A stretch of DNA of 64,000 nucleotides, taken from positions 62,000,001-62,064,000 of the forward strand of contig NC_043001.1 in assembly GCF_006345805.1 (NCBI RefSeq), given 5' to 3'. The notes under the pieces are model-generated. The model ran no database searches and had not been told where the DNA came from. It saw only the letters and a list, made by a program, of their open reading frames with translations. Both the position numbers and the translations under genes were made by a program. Shown one piece after another: positions 1 to 12,646 of this stretch. This stretch comes from Octopus sinensis (lineage: Eukaryota). Every line of letters starts with the position of its first letter. Within the stretch, counting starts at the first letter, position 1.

Positions 1-170
1 ATACCATGCTTGAGAAGACCTGTCAAGCCAAGAGAGATTGTAGTTGTGGCTGATGCTGTTGTTTCGTAACTGGCAGACTGAAACCTAGTGCAGCTTACCA
101 GTTTTCAGTCAAACCATCTAGCCCATGCTAGCATGGAAAACGGATGTTAATTGATGATGATGATGATAAT
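1..170 (+). mobile_element. 3' UTR/tail of RTE-clade LINE (or derivative)
   Basis: Ends CCCATGCTAGCATGGAAAACGGATGTTAA-(GAT)n, the same terminus as the RTE copies ending at 17170 and 63898. Confidence 0.75.
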
Positions 171-299
171 GAAGAACTGTGAATTCTTAGTGCAGATCTC
201 TGTGTTATGGTTTGTGATTCATTATTTTACAGAAAGAGTGGGGACGTATTGTTAACTTAGACTGTTTATTTTTAAGTTTTCCAAAATTAGGATTTTGAC

Positions 300-980
300 T
301 ATTTCAATATAAGGGGTTATTATCTGGATTATTGCCTAAAATAAAAAGATCGTCAAGTTTTTTAATGATAAATCTCTCTATGAATCACATGACCCTAGTA
401 AAACTATTTGGCTTATTATTCCATAAGGCAAAAATGTTAAAAGTAACCTTCCCTACCTATTTCATCAAGCCATTGAAAGGAACTTTCCCAAAAATTCCAG
501 GTACCACTCCATTTTCAACATCCACCATATCCAAATTGGTTTCTTCAACACCAGTAATCTCTTACAGATAATATCCTCGCATAACAACTATATTCTTAAC
601 AGTAAAAGGGTTTCACTTAATAACTCTAATAACAATAATCTCTCCTTAAATAAATAATATCAATAGTAATAGTCCTTGTAATTGTGGTCCGAATAACACT
701 TGCATTCTTAATAGAAATTGCAGAATTAAAAACATTGTTTATCAATGTAAAATTTCTGCAGGATCTAAAGAATTTTTTTTATATTGGGCTGTCATCCACG
801 GAATTAAAAATATGACTTACTAACCACATTTTTACATTTAAATATATTCATAAACGTAATTCTGCAGGTCTTAGTAAACTAATTTGGCAACTTAGAGACT
901 GTAATAAACAATTTTCTTTGGATTGGAAATTTTATCAAGATCATTTCCCTATGATAAAGGGAAATCCTTCTGCCTTTATA
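300..980 (+). pseudogene. Penelope-like element fragment (RT C-terminus + GIY-YIG endonuclease), degenerate
   Basis: Manual translation 677-980: CNCGPNNTCILNRNCRIKNIVYQCKI..(fs)YIGLSSTELK..NHIFTF..LSKLIWQLRD..LDWK..PYD..C, the Cys-linker-IVY/YIG pattern of PLE endonucleases; stops and frameshifts. Confidence 0.75.
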
Positions 981-1381
981 TGGGTCCCATGTAAATGCAA
1001 TGTTAAAGTCGAAGAAACTGGAAAGAGCGATGACAAAAGTTGAAAAAGAAGCTTGGTGTGCATTTCGTGATATACTTCGTGGATTCATAGGAAATCACAA
1101 GAATCCTAATTACAAACAGCTGGTAGCAAAGCTTATTGAAAACTTCAAGAAAATGGGTTGTCGTATGTCCTTAAAGGTTCATTTTTTTGCACTCTCACCT
1201 AGCTTGTAAAGGATTGTGGTTCATTTCTAATTTATTTGTCTTCTTATCAACTACTAAATCTAAGACTAGAGGACTGTGTCTGTTTGGAATGAAGGGATAG
1301 AGTGAGTTGACAGCTCATGGCTAGGTATGGTCATAAATATTGTCAAGATATTAAGAGTAGTAAATTGGGTATAGAGTAACT
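981..1381 (+). repeat. Chimeric inverted duplication: 981-1202 = reverse complement of 2025-2246; 1202-1381 = reverse complement of 4451-4630
   Basis: Direct comparison; ORF 1000-1209 duplicates part of ORF 1829-2425(-). Confidence 0.9.
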
Positions 1382-1511
1382 CTGAATACCTCTAACTGCC
1401 CTCACTACGCCCATACCTACTACCTCCTCTTTTTGGGTTACTTTTATCTCTTCCCTACCTCAAATTTAATAACCAGTCTCTTTTAATGTAGGTTATATAT
1501 ATTTCTTATTA

Positions 1512-3673
1512 CACAATGTAACACATGTTTTGTTTATTTGTATTTCTTAATATTCATATATGTATTTTTTGCCACTAAATTCAAAAATCACATTCATTTT
1601 GACGTAACATCAATAGTTATTTATTTATTCCTAATTTCATATTTGCTCATTACATTTGTAACTTTTCTTTACAGCACTTTGTTGGTTCAATCTATTCTAG
1701 TATTGTAAGGATAATTACACAACACTTAGTACTTTTTCATATATTGAAAGGTATGTAGGAAGTATAATATTAGTTAGAACAAAAAGAAACAATAACTCTG
1801 CCCTGTAAATGCCTTGATAACTCTTTTCTTAAGATGAGAAGTGCTTTGACGATCGAGATTTTCTGGAGTGTATACCTTCATCTCTTCTGACTAGAGACCA
1901 TATATAATCTCCCACCATGGCAGTATCCCATCGTCTTTGGTATCTTTTTTCCATAATTGCGATGTCCTGATGAAATTTCTCACCATGCTCCTCACTGACA
2001 TCACCCAAGTTTTCGGGGAAAAATCTAGGTAAGAGTGCAAAAAAATGAACCTTTAAGGACATACAACAACCCATTTTCTTGAAGTTTTCAATAAGCTTTG
2101 CTACCAGCTGTTTGTAATTAGGATTCTTGTGATTTCCTATGAATCCATGAAGTACATCACGAAATGCACGCCAAGCTTCTTTTTCAACTTTTGTCATCGC
2201 TCTTTCCGGTTTCTTCGACTTTAACATTGCATTTACTTGGGACCCAACAAATATGTCACCCTTGATCTTAGCCTCAGATAGCTTTGGAAACATAAGGCAA
2301 ATTTCTTGAAAAGCTTCTCCTCTAAAATCTAAGGCCTTCACAAACTGTTTTACCAATCCGAGTTTGATATGAAGTGGGGGTAATAAGATTTTATTGGAAT
2401 CTACTAGTGGCTTTTGGGGGGGCAATGTACTCTCTTGTAATGATCATCATCAGCTCTGCTGTCCCATAAGCAAAAGAAACACGAATACTTTGTGTATCCC
2501 CCTTGCAAGCCAAGCAAGAAGACAAGCATCTTGAAATCACCACAAACATCCCACTTGAACTCAGCATAATTTATTTTGTCGAGAAGTTCTTTGACATTGG
2601 AGTGTGCAAGAGGCAAAGAAGGATATTTATTTCCATTGTGGAGCAACACTACTTTGAGACTTCATGTTGAGCTATCTATGAACAGTTGCCATTCTGCAGA
2701 ATCATGCTTGAGTCCAATAGCAGTAAACAAACCAATCACATCTTTACAATAACACAGATCATTAATATTTTCATAGTAAATTTCAAATTCTTCATGGCGT
2801 TTCCAGTACAGAGATATCTTTCAGTCTTCCCCCAATAGATTCCATTCCTTCAACCTTGATGAAAGAAGTTCAGCTCCTGACTTAGTAAGACCCAGATCCC
2901 TGATTAAATCATCTAGCTCACTTTGATTTGGAAAGTGAGGCTCCAAAGTCATTCTTGGTACGAAAGCTTCCTCTATTTCTTGGCTGCTGTTACTTGTTGG
3001 CTCTTCAGATGAAATATTTTCTGGTGGTAGTGATACTCATAAACTGTCATCATGTGGGACAGGTGCTCTAGATGATGGTATGTCTGGATACTGAAGAGCT
3101 TGTCTTCCTTTCACTTTTCTGTACTTTGTCACATCGATCATACAAAAGTAACAGTCATCGTGATGGTTCTTTGGCTTTCTCCATACCCTTGGAATGGCAA
3201 AAGGCATTGACCTTCCTGTACCTCTTAACCATCCTTCTAGAGTAGATCGACAGTTTCCACATAACACATGCGAGGCCCATGGTTTGTCCTAATCACCCAT
3301 GGGCATTCTGAAATAGTCTGTACACTATCCACAATTTGGCACCCTTCACGGTCTTATGTAATACCTGCTTTTTTCCAATATGATAACCACACACATAGCA
3401 AAATGTATCTGGAGAATTTTTACATATTCTAGTAGCCATCCTGAACGTAGCAGAACTTAGTAATTGGTCTGAAAGAGAAAATTAGACAAACATTTAGTAG
3501 CGGAACATTATAACAATACCGAATACATAATAATATCGAAAGTCGGCATATTTTCTTAACTGTTGATGATACACAAAAGATAATTTCATTTTTGGAATCA
3601 GCAGAAAAAATGGATTGATAAACAATAAAAAAACACAATAAACAAATTTTTTTTTGAAAATTGTTACGTTGTG
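1512..3673 (-). mobile_element. Chapaev3 (CMC superfamily) DNA transposon, full-length, defective
   Basis: TIRs CACAATGTAACA (1512) / CACAACGTAACA (rc of the end at 3673), 11/12 match; TTA target duplication at 1509-1511 and 3674-3676 (TWA is typical of Chapaev3); transposase inside. Confidence 0.85.
1829..3439 (-). pseudogene. Chapaev3 transposase pseudogene
   Basis: MATRICKNSPDTFCYVCG.., PFAIPRVWRKPKNHHDDCYFC, GDFKML..GLQGGYTKYSCFFCLWDSR, LLPPLHIKLGLVKQFVKAL, VSEEHGEKFHQDI; broken into several ORFs by stops and frameshifts. Confidence 0.85.
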
Positions 3674-3721
3674 TTATTTGCTATAAATTCTTATTATTTT
3701 GTTTTCTTACTTGCGTATCCT

Positions 3722-4010
3722 TACCTATTAACTTCTTATCCCTTATAAGTTGTTACTGTTCTTAAATTGAGATTTTTCAGCTACTTGGTCTATGTGAGAT
3801 GGTTATATTATATCCATATAAACATATAAATATTTTTATATGTGTATATATGCATATAAGTGCATAACCTATTAACCTCTTATCCCTTATAAATTGTTAT
3901 CTTTCTTGGTTGTAAATAGATACTTTTTAGTGACTTAAGTCTATGCGAAATGGTTATACTCTAGCCATATAAACATATAAATATTTGTGTATGTGTGCAT
4001 GTGTGCACAT
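3722..4010. repeat. Imperfect tandem duplication, ~145-bp unit x2
   Basis: ACCTATTAAC(T/C)TCTTATCCCTTATAA...TGGTTATA...CCATATAAACATATAAATATTT occurs near 3723 and near 3868. Confidence 0.7.
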
Positions 4011-4775
4011 AGATAAATATGTGTGTGTATCTGTACACATTTTTATTTTTTTCTGATTCTTGGCTTATAATTAATATATAGATAGCATGTTTATCTTTTC
4101 AGTATTCCATAAGTAAATACCCTGAGCAGTCTTTATAGAAACCACCTAATAAGTAAATAATTAAGTACATGAATGAATATTAAACTGATTCTCTGTAATC
4201 TTTCCTTTTTAATGTTGAAAATTGATACATACACAAATTTTACCTATTTTGGTTATGATATCATTTATGATAATCTTAAAATTTTATTTTTATACAACAT
4301 AACAATATTGTTTATATACAATCACCCACAGTACCCCATGATAAATTTCCTCTGTATTAACATCATAGTTTTTATTAGCATCTTGCCTCTTTAACTGGTA
4401 ATTAATATCATGATTTAGGGTCTTCCCCTATCCAACTTCCTTTTATAGACAGTTGCTTTATACCCAGTTTACTACTCCTAATATCTTGACAATATTTATG
4501 ACCATACGCAGCCATGAGCTGTCAACTCACACTTGCCCTTTATTCCAATCAGATACAGTTGTCTAGTCTTAGATTTAATAGTTGATAAGAAGACAAATAA
4601 ATTAGAAATGAACCACAATCCTTTACAAGCCCCAGTGGGCTTCATTCATTTCTTGGAAGTGTAGTCTATTCTTAGTTACAATAGCAGCAACATGAATTTC
4701 TTCCATCTTGTTCTGTTAAAATATTTGGGAAAAATTATATTAATGTGTCCAACTGATTAAAATTCTATTTATTTG

Positions 4776-4861
4776 TGCAGCTGAGGATAGCCCTGCATTT
4801 AAATTAATGTAATAATAGCATTGTTCAATTAAATGGAGCTACTTGAAATGGTTGTACTGCA
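4776..4861 (+). ncRNA. Degenerate type-I hammerhead-like motif (probable PLE pLTR)
   Basis: TGCAG-CTGAGGA-long stem II (TAGC..CATTTAA/TTAAATG..GCTA)-GAAA-TGGTT-GTA-CTGCA; stem I pairs, stem III is defective. Confidence 0.45.
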
Positions 4862-4963
4862 TCACCTCTTGATATCCTGTGGCTTATTTTGATATATATA
4901 TATATATATATTGATTACTATTTTCCAATAAATATTGGTGCCTTGTTGTACCACTCATCTGTT

Positions 4964-5017
<54 letters not shown>

Positions 5018-5019
5018 CA

Positions 5020-5310
5020 TAGGTCTGACCAAAGCCTTGTGAGTAGATTTCGTAGGCAGAAACTGAAAGATTATATGTCTGTGTGTGTGAATGTATTGTG
5101 AACTCACAGGAATCAACCACTTGTAAATCGTGATATGGCTATTATTCACATAACATGTGCAACATCTGGAAAGTAAGTGATTTGTTGTATATATATTTCT
5201 TGTATATATGTATACATACGTATGTGTGTGTTTGTTTGTTTTCTGTCTCCTTGCCCTGACATCAGGCAATGGTAGTAAGCAAGTGTCACTGTCATGCAAG
5301 AAGTGTTCTT
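5020..5310 (+). mobile_element. SINE fragment (family of 42372-42783)
   Basis: GACCAAAGCCTTGTGAGTAGATTT..GAAACTGAAAGA matches the body of the abundant SINE. Confidence 0.6.
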
Positions 5311-5539
5311 CATTTCTGATCTAATATATAAACATGTAGTGGAGGGGGGGGGTTAATGGGTGGATGTCTGCTGGAGTATGTGTGTTTGTTTGTGGGTGTA
5401 TTAGTGTATGTTGTGGTCAAACTCTTTGCCAGACTCTCAGGTATTGGTGGAGGACCAAAGTTTGGGGACTGATGGTTATAGTCACGATGGGGCACACAAG
5501 TATGATAGGATGTACTTCCTTTCATGTGGGAGGATTGAA

Positions 5540-5930
5540 AATTTCAACTTCTGCTGTTCAGGCAGCTGCTTGGGTGCTGGTGCTCTTTAAAATCGCTCTT
5601 TTCACAGCCAGACATAATCTTTACACTTTACATTTCTCTATAATCCTCCACGTTAGGCTGTACTCAGTGGCACTTTCAATAACCATACATGCTTGGCCCA
5701 GGTTATGGTGTTACATCTCTCTAGGATGTTGCAGGAGGACTTGTTATAGCAGGTTCTGAAGGGGCCTTCAGTTACTCCCACATACTTTTGCTTGTTTAGT
5801 TGCCCATATGGCCCTATTGCTGTTACCTCTGCCTCATATATGACATACACAACAGTCTCCATGTTACAGTGGCCATGTTGCCTTTTGGGATTGATGAATG
5901 CCTACAATTACATATCTATAAAGTTCTTGT
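5540..5930 (-). pseudogene. Penelope-like GIY-YIG fragment
   Basis: ORF 5653-5862: ETVVYVIYEAEVT..KQKYVGVTEGPFRTCYNK (VIY..YVG motif). Confidence 0.65.
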
Positions 5931-6489
5931 CAGAAAATGAAGAAAAGAAAAAAGTAAACAGAAAAATAGAAAAGGGAAAAAGAAAAGGAAGAAACAGGGT
6001 TAAGAGGGGAATAAGGTAAGGAGGGTAGGTATTGATTCAATAAAAGAGTTCAATAGAAATAAATAAAATAGCAAATAAGATAGAATAACAAAATAAGAAA
6101 ATAAAGTTAAATGGGAAACAACGGGATGGTATTGTATGGAATAAGTGACACTTGTGAAGAAAGAATTTGCTGAATATATATGTATATAAACAGATAAATA
6201 AATGACTGGATAAATACATAAAAGATTTTAAAATTTTGAATAAAGAAACAGATATATATCAAGATTAGATGGGTTGGGATGAATAAACGAATGGAAAACT
6301 TTAAAATTGAAGGATGTCAACTCACAAAGCCTATCCAATTTTGGGTTTTGTATTGTTGTTGATTAGCAGCATGAGTTCAGAAGATTGACTGGTATTTTAA
6401 AGATGAGATTGCGATGGCAATGGGTAGTAGTAATGGTGATAGTTATAACAATAATGATGATGAAAGGGACAGTGGTTGGCACTGATAAT

Positions 6490-7815
6490 AATTCTTTCTA
6501 CTATAAGCACAAAGTGTAAAATTTGGGGAAAGGGCCTGGTTGATTACATCAACATCAGTGCTTGACTGTTACTTATTTTATTAACCCCAAAGAGATGAAG
6601 GACAAAGTGGACCTTGGCAAAATCTGAACTCAGAACAATGGACAAAATTCCACCGAGTATTTTGTCCAGTCTCCTAATAATTCCGCCAACTCACTGTCTT
6701 AATGATTTGAAATTTTAGCACAAGGCCAGCAAATTCGGATGAGGGACTATTTGATTACATCAACCCTAGTGTTTCACTGGTACTTAATTTATCGCCCTCA
6801 AAAGGATGACAAGCAAAGTCGACTTCGACAGCATTTGTACCCAGAACGTAAAGATGGATGAAATTATGCTTAACATTGTGCCTGGCATGCTAATGATTCT
6901 GCCAGCTCACTGCCTTAATAATAATAATATCTTAACTGATTGGAAGTGTTATTATGTACATGTTTTGGTATTGGTATAAAAGATGGGCTACAGCAAATAT
7001 TCTACTCAATACCACGGATTTGTTTGTCAGTTGTTTGACCTTAACCAGTTCAGCATGTCTCCTAGTGGCTGACAATATGTGCATTTCTGATCATGAGCAG
7101 AAGTAGTGAGAGAGCATCATAGAGGAATTCTTTGGGATTTGAATACTTCATCTCTGGAAACATGGGTGTTGTTTCATTCAACATCTTTAAAGAACCCTTA
7201 TTCAGGGACCTTTTGATGGACAACTCAACCTGAAGAAAATTCTAACTGGGTCCCACCTGCAAGGTAATGCACTGTTTATCTTGATATGCAATCACTATGT
7301 CATGCACATTTGGTTGTGATGCATGTGCCTGGTATACTCTTATCAGGTGAGTAGTCATGATGGGATATATTGGGCTTCGTATATTTGTATGCCAGTGTCA
7401 CTTTGATGGAATGCGCTGCTCTCTCACTAAATAATAATAATAATAATCCTGTCTACTATAGGCATAAGGCTTAAAATTTGGCGGGAGGAGATAAGTCAAT
7501 TACATCAACCCCAGTGCATAACTGGTACTTATTTAATCGACCCTGGAAGATGAAAGGCTAAGTCAAACTTTACAGCATTTGAAATCAATAATAATAATGA
7601 TGATTTTAAATCTTAGCAAAAGGCCAACAGTTTTTGTGGAGAGGCAGAAGTCAATTACATTGACCCCAGTGCTAAACTAATACTTATTTTATTGACCCCA
7701 AAAGAATGAAAGGCAGGCTCAACCTCAGCAGAATTTGCTCTTAGAACATAAAGACAGATGAAATAACATTATGCATTTTGTCCTGTTTTATAATGGTTCT
7801 ACCAGCTCACTGCTT
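6490..7815 (-). mobile_element. Cluster of SINE-like copies separated by (AAT)n (similar copies at ~8240-8320, 42085-42345, 42810-43040, 48370-48610)
   Basis: Repeated CTACTATAGGCACAAGGCC..GATTACATC(A/G)ACCCCAGTG..ACTGGTACTT..GAAAGGCAAAGTC..TTTGAACTC..TCTGCCAGCTCAC; B-box-like GAGTTCAAAT on the minus strand. Confidence 0.7.
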
Positions 7816-7849
7816 TACTACTACTACTACTACTATTATTACTACTACT

Positions 7850-8188
7850 GAGACCCCCTTTGGTCACGACACAGACCATGGGATTGCACCCAGAAAGTTA
7901 CCCTCCCAGGCACAAGTCTGGGCAAGGTTGTTTATGGAAGACCAGCAGTCACCCATGCATACCGGCCTCTCCTCTCCACACCACCGGTGTTATCCAAGGG
8001 AAAGGCAAAAGGCCAATACAGCTTGGCACCTGTGATGTCGCAATTCATTTCTACAGCTGAGTGAACTGGAGCAACGTGAAATAAAGTGTCTTGCTCAAGA
8101 ATACAACACGCAGCCCAGTCCGGAATTCGAGCTCACAACCTCATGATCGTAAGCTCAATGTTCTAAACACTGAGCCATGCACCTTCAC
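7850..8188 (-). mobile_element. tRNA-derived SINE (tRNA-Arg(ACG)-like head)
   Basis: Minus-strand head TGGCTCAGTG..CTTACGAT..GCTCGAATTCC (A/B boxes); close copy at 18505-18843; flanked by (ACT)n on both sides. Confidence 0.8.
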
Positions 8189-8709
8189 AACTACTACTAC
8201 TACATGTAATAATAATAATAATAATAATCATAATAATGGTTTTTAATTTTGGCACAAGGCCAGTAGTTTTGGAGGAGGGGCTAAGCCGATTACATCGACC
8301 TCAGTGTTCAACTGGGGCATCAAATGGATGATATAGTTTGCATATTATCACATCAAGTTGCTTTATATGCACTATGTGTGTGTCACAAACTGAGTTTGAA
8401 TGCAACAACAGGGTTAAGAGTATAGCATCTTTCTTCTAGAACTTCTTTCTTCTATAACTTCTTCCCTATAATTTCTTCCTTCTCTGTCAGTATGAAACAC
8501 AACATACTTAGATATATGTATCACTGCATCATTTACCTCTGTAACTTGATGTAATTCAGTAAGTAGTATATATTTTAAGTGGTAAGTGGTATATATTAAC
8601 TGCATGCACAGAGATCTCTCAAATACAAAATTTCACTTTGGCTGAATTTTCTTCATCCTATTTAGTGACTATACTTTCAGAATGTCCTCCTCCACTGCTG
8701 ATTTGGTGA

Positions 8710-9405
8710 CATCATCATCATCATCGTTTAACGTCCGCTTTCCATGTTAGCATGGGTTGGACGGTTCAACTGGGGTCTGGCAAGCCCGAAGGCTGCACCA
8801 GGCCAGTCAGATCTGGCAGTGTTTCTACAGCTGGATGCCCTTCCTAACGCCAACCACTCCGAGAGTGTAGTGGGTGATTTTATGTGCCACCGACACAGGT
8901 GCCAGACGAGGCTGGCAGACGGCCACGCTCGGATGGTGTTTTTTATGTGCCACCGACACAGGTGCCAGACGAGGCTGGCTGACGGCCACGCTCGGATGGT
9001 GTTTTCTTATGTGTCACCGACACAGGTGCCAGACGAGGCTGGCGGACGGCCACGCTCGGATGGTGTTTGTTACGTGCCCTCAGCAGGGAGGCCAGTCGTT
9101 GTGGTACTGGCTACGGTCACGTTCGGATGGTTTTCTTATGTGCCACCGGCACTGGTACCACAAGGATACAAATTCCATTGATGTTCATCTATTTTGATTT
9201 GGTTCGATTTGATTTGATTTGATTCGATTCTCACTTGCCTCAACAGGTCTTCACAAGTGTCACAAGAAGGAAGGTATGCACAGGTGGACTGACTACGTCC
9301 CAGGTAGGGGCCACGAATTATGGCTTCACTACTATTGCCGGGTCTTCTCACGCACAGCATACTTCCATAGGTCTCGGTCTCTAGTCATTTCCATAGTGAG
9401 ACCTA
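8710..9405 (-). mobile_element. RTE 3'-UTR-derived element with internal ~62-bp tandem repeats
   Basis: Near-identical inverted copy of 16430-17170; (GAT)n tail at 8710-8724. Confidence 0.8.
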
Positions 9406-9639
9406 CTAGATAACAAAAAACTATCTACAACCTCTAGGGAGTCTTTTGAACATTTGAGGAAATTATTTCTCATATATCCTTGGAGTTTATTGTTCCAGCA
9501 CATCAGCCACATACAAAGACTACTTTTTCTGTTAACCTTCCTGAGATACCACTGCATCTTTTATGTGTCCATAACTTGCACAGAGTACATCGAAAGGAAT
9601 TCTTTCCACCACCTTCCCTACATATCAAGCTGGAACATT

Positions 9640-10915
9640 TACCTGACAGAAACAGAGTGTTATGTTTTCTGCTAACTACAACTTAGGTCTTTGTTAGGTT
9701 AACTTTAAAGCTCTTTTATTCCAGGTTTTGCTTCCATACCTGAAATTTTTCCCTGTTCTGCTACAGATTATGTTGTAAGAATGAAGATATAGCATACAGT
9801 AGTTCCCAAGGACAACCAGTTTTAAATTCTTCTGTTATGCCTGAAGAACTATGATGAAGGGAAGGGGCTGAGTACTGAGTCCTGGTTAACTCCTGCTTGT
9901 ACACTAAATTCATTGCTGTACTCATGGCTGACTCTCCCTCTTCTGACAGCACTTCTGTACATGTCATGTATGGTTTTAACAAGCCATTTGTCTATTCCTA
10001 GCTTTCTTAGAGATCACAGATCATAGAGTGAGGACTTTGTGGTTTTCTTCAGGTCAATGAATGCCAAGTACAATGGTTTACTTTTAGCTGGATATTTCTC
10101 TTGCTGTTGCTTTACTAGGAGGATGACATCCACAGTACTCCTTCCTGACACAAAACCAAATTGCATCTCAGGTAATCTAATTCTATTCCTAATTAATTGG
10201 GCTATAACTCTCACTGTAACTTTCATGATCTGGTCCTCTCTAATTGCTTCTATAATGTTGCTACACCAGTCATTGGATATTTTAAGCATCTCAGTGGTGG
10301 TTCCTGATAGACCAGAAGCTTTTCTTTCGTTGTGTCCTCAATTGCTTTATCTATTATACTGCTGTCAACTCAGATGGCTGGTCCCTCTGTTGGGTCTACA
10401 TTCAGAAGACCTTCTTTCATATAAACATTTTCCGCATTTAATAGTAGCCTTTCCTTGTAGCACTTTCATACTTCTTTCTTTTTAGAATCACAAAGTGCAA
10501 CAAGCTTCACTTCTAGCTGCCTTATATAATTCTCTACTACCACCTTTTTTTTCCATTCTTTCCAGGCTTGTCCTTTTGTTTTTATATTCTCTGTACTTCA
10601 GTGTTCCACCATGATATCATCTTCAACTTGGTCAGGATGTTGTACCAGCCACAGATTTGGTCTGTGGCCCTCAATAGATTCTCCTGCAGAAGCTTCCAGT
10701 TGTCCTCTGTACCTCTAACTCCTCCTCCTTGTTATATACTTCAATTAGAATTTACATATTTCAATTAGAATTTCTCTAAATTTCTTCCAGTGTGCTGGGC
10801 CTTTAAGCTTTCATATCCTCCTTTTCCAGACTGTTTTGTTTCTCCAATTCCTTCTAGCTCTAAGTCTGAAGTCATTATCTACTAACCTATGTTAGGTTGT
10901 ACATTCTTCACCTGA
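9640..10915 (-). pseudogene. Degenerate RTE LINE ORF fragment
   Basis: EMQFGFVSGRSTVD..PLYLAFIDLKK and ITEEFKTGCPWELLYA motifs, homologous to 61982-63322. Confidence 0.8.
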
Positions 10916-12269
10916 GATTTCATGAAATCCCAATGTGAATTCATATTGAGTGGATAGTGTTGCACAGCATTGAACACACTTGCACAGGTTGGATGGTTTG
11001 ACAGAAGCTGGCAAACTAGATGACAGTATCAAGTTCTACTGTTTGCTTTGACATGGTTTCTTTAGCTAGATGCCCTTCCAAATGCCAGTTACTTTACAGA
11101 GTGTACTGGGTGCTTTCCGTGTGGCACCAACACCAGCAAAGTAACTTGCAAGACTAAGACTCCTCAGCTGAGAAGGAGATTAGCATTGAGAGAGGAGGTT
11201 TTGTACTGGGTGATGAGAGTTTAGAGAAAGAATAGAGGTACAGAAACAGGTGTCTTGCTGTGATTCAGGTGAGAAGGAGTCTGCTAGACTAAGTCATAGG
11301 TAAACTGGAGTGGGGTGTAGGAGATAATTCATTATAGTAGGCTTAGAGTAGTGAGAAGTAAGGAGAGGTCATAAAACAATTAAGGATAAGGGAAGAAAGA
11401 AAGAAATCAAAATTAAGGATGAAGGAAAAATAAAAATAAAAATGAAAGTATACAAGCCAATCAGGTATAGGAATCTCTAGTTAATGGTAAATGATCAGGG
11501 GATGGGAACAGAGAAACAGAGAAATTTAGGTGTATTCAGTGAATATTGGTTAAAAATAGGGGGCAGGAAAGGTACGAAGACCCAGTGCTACCTATCAATA
11601 AGGAATTTAAAGAAGGATGAGCTTATATAATGAACTACACCAAGTACGGAGTTAGAGGAAATAGCTGATGGGATATCAAGGAAAGCCAGAAGTAGGGAAT
11701 AGTCTTATGATTAACAATATGGAATGGTGGCGGTGATATCAAAATTGAATGGCATTATCATCTTTGTGTGAATCAGGTGAAGCAACTCAAAACAATAGTC
11801 ACTGGTAAGAGGTTTGGATAGTGTGTTCTATCTACTATATAACAAACGCTGCTTAAAAAACTGTATGTTGATGTAATGGGTATATACCAAATAGGAATAG
11901 AAACAAACTGTCTAGGGTTTGCGGGTTGCTACTAGAGGTTAAATATCACTCTCATCACTATAGTATAATAGCAGGTACACCACAAATAGAATGGTTAATT
12001 CCTTCAATATAGAATACCATGCAAATACAGTAAGAGGGAACAAAAGGTTTGGTAAAGGTAAAACAAGACTAGGGGGACTCAGAAAGGAATGGGTAGATCG
12101 ATAGGCTAGGGGGTCAGCGAAAGAGGGAGTAAATTGGATTGGACCTAGGTTGGGGGCTATTATAGAGGTTGTTTAATATCCTTAAAGTATTTAAACGTAT
12201 GGATAGTCTTATGTATACAGGAAAGATAAAGGTCTAGTTTATTATTTAGTAGATTTTCACTATTAGATA

Positions 12270-12410
12270 TCCTTTAAATTTCAAATAGCTCCATGCAGCA
12301 AAGTCTGCATCCATATCTACTGTTTAAGTACGGCTTAGTGACCCTAATGATGTCCCAACTCAAATCAAGTTTAACATTGTCATCCTTGAGCTCCCAAATA
12401 TAAGTATAAA
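12270..12410 (-). pseudogene. Penelope-like endonuclease C-terminal fragment
   Basis: YIWELKDDNVKLDLSWDIIRVTKPYLNSRYGCRLCCMELFEI (W-x-L-K..W..PY..C-x-L-C..E pattern of PLE C-termini). Confidence 0.65.
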
Positions 12411-12646
12411 TATATCTGTGTGTCTTTGTGTCTGTTTTTTCCTCCTCCACTGCTTGACAACCAGTGTTTGTGTGCTTAAGTTCCCATGACTTAATGGTTC
12501 GGCAAAAGAGACCAATATAATAAGTACCAAGCTTTAAAAAAATAATTACTGGGGTTGATTTGTTCAACTAAAAAAAATTCAAGCTAGTGCCCCAGCATGG
12601 CTATAGTTAACTGATTGAAACAAGCCAGAGATAAAAGAGATATATA

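Noticed and set aside
1718-1723. Alternative Chapaev left end TTA-CACAAC
   Set aside because: Only 6 bp match; the end at 1512 matches 11/12 with the same TTA
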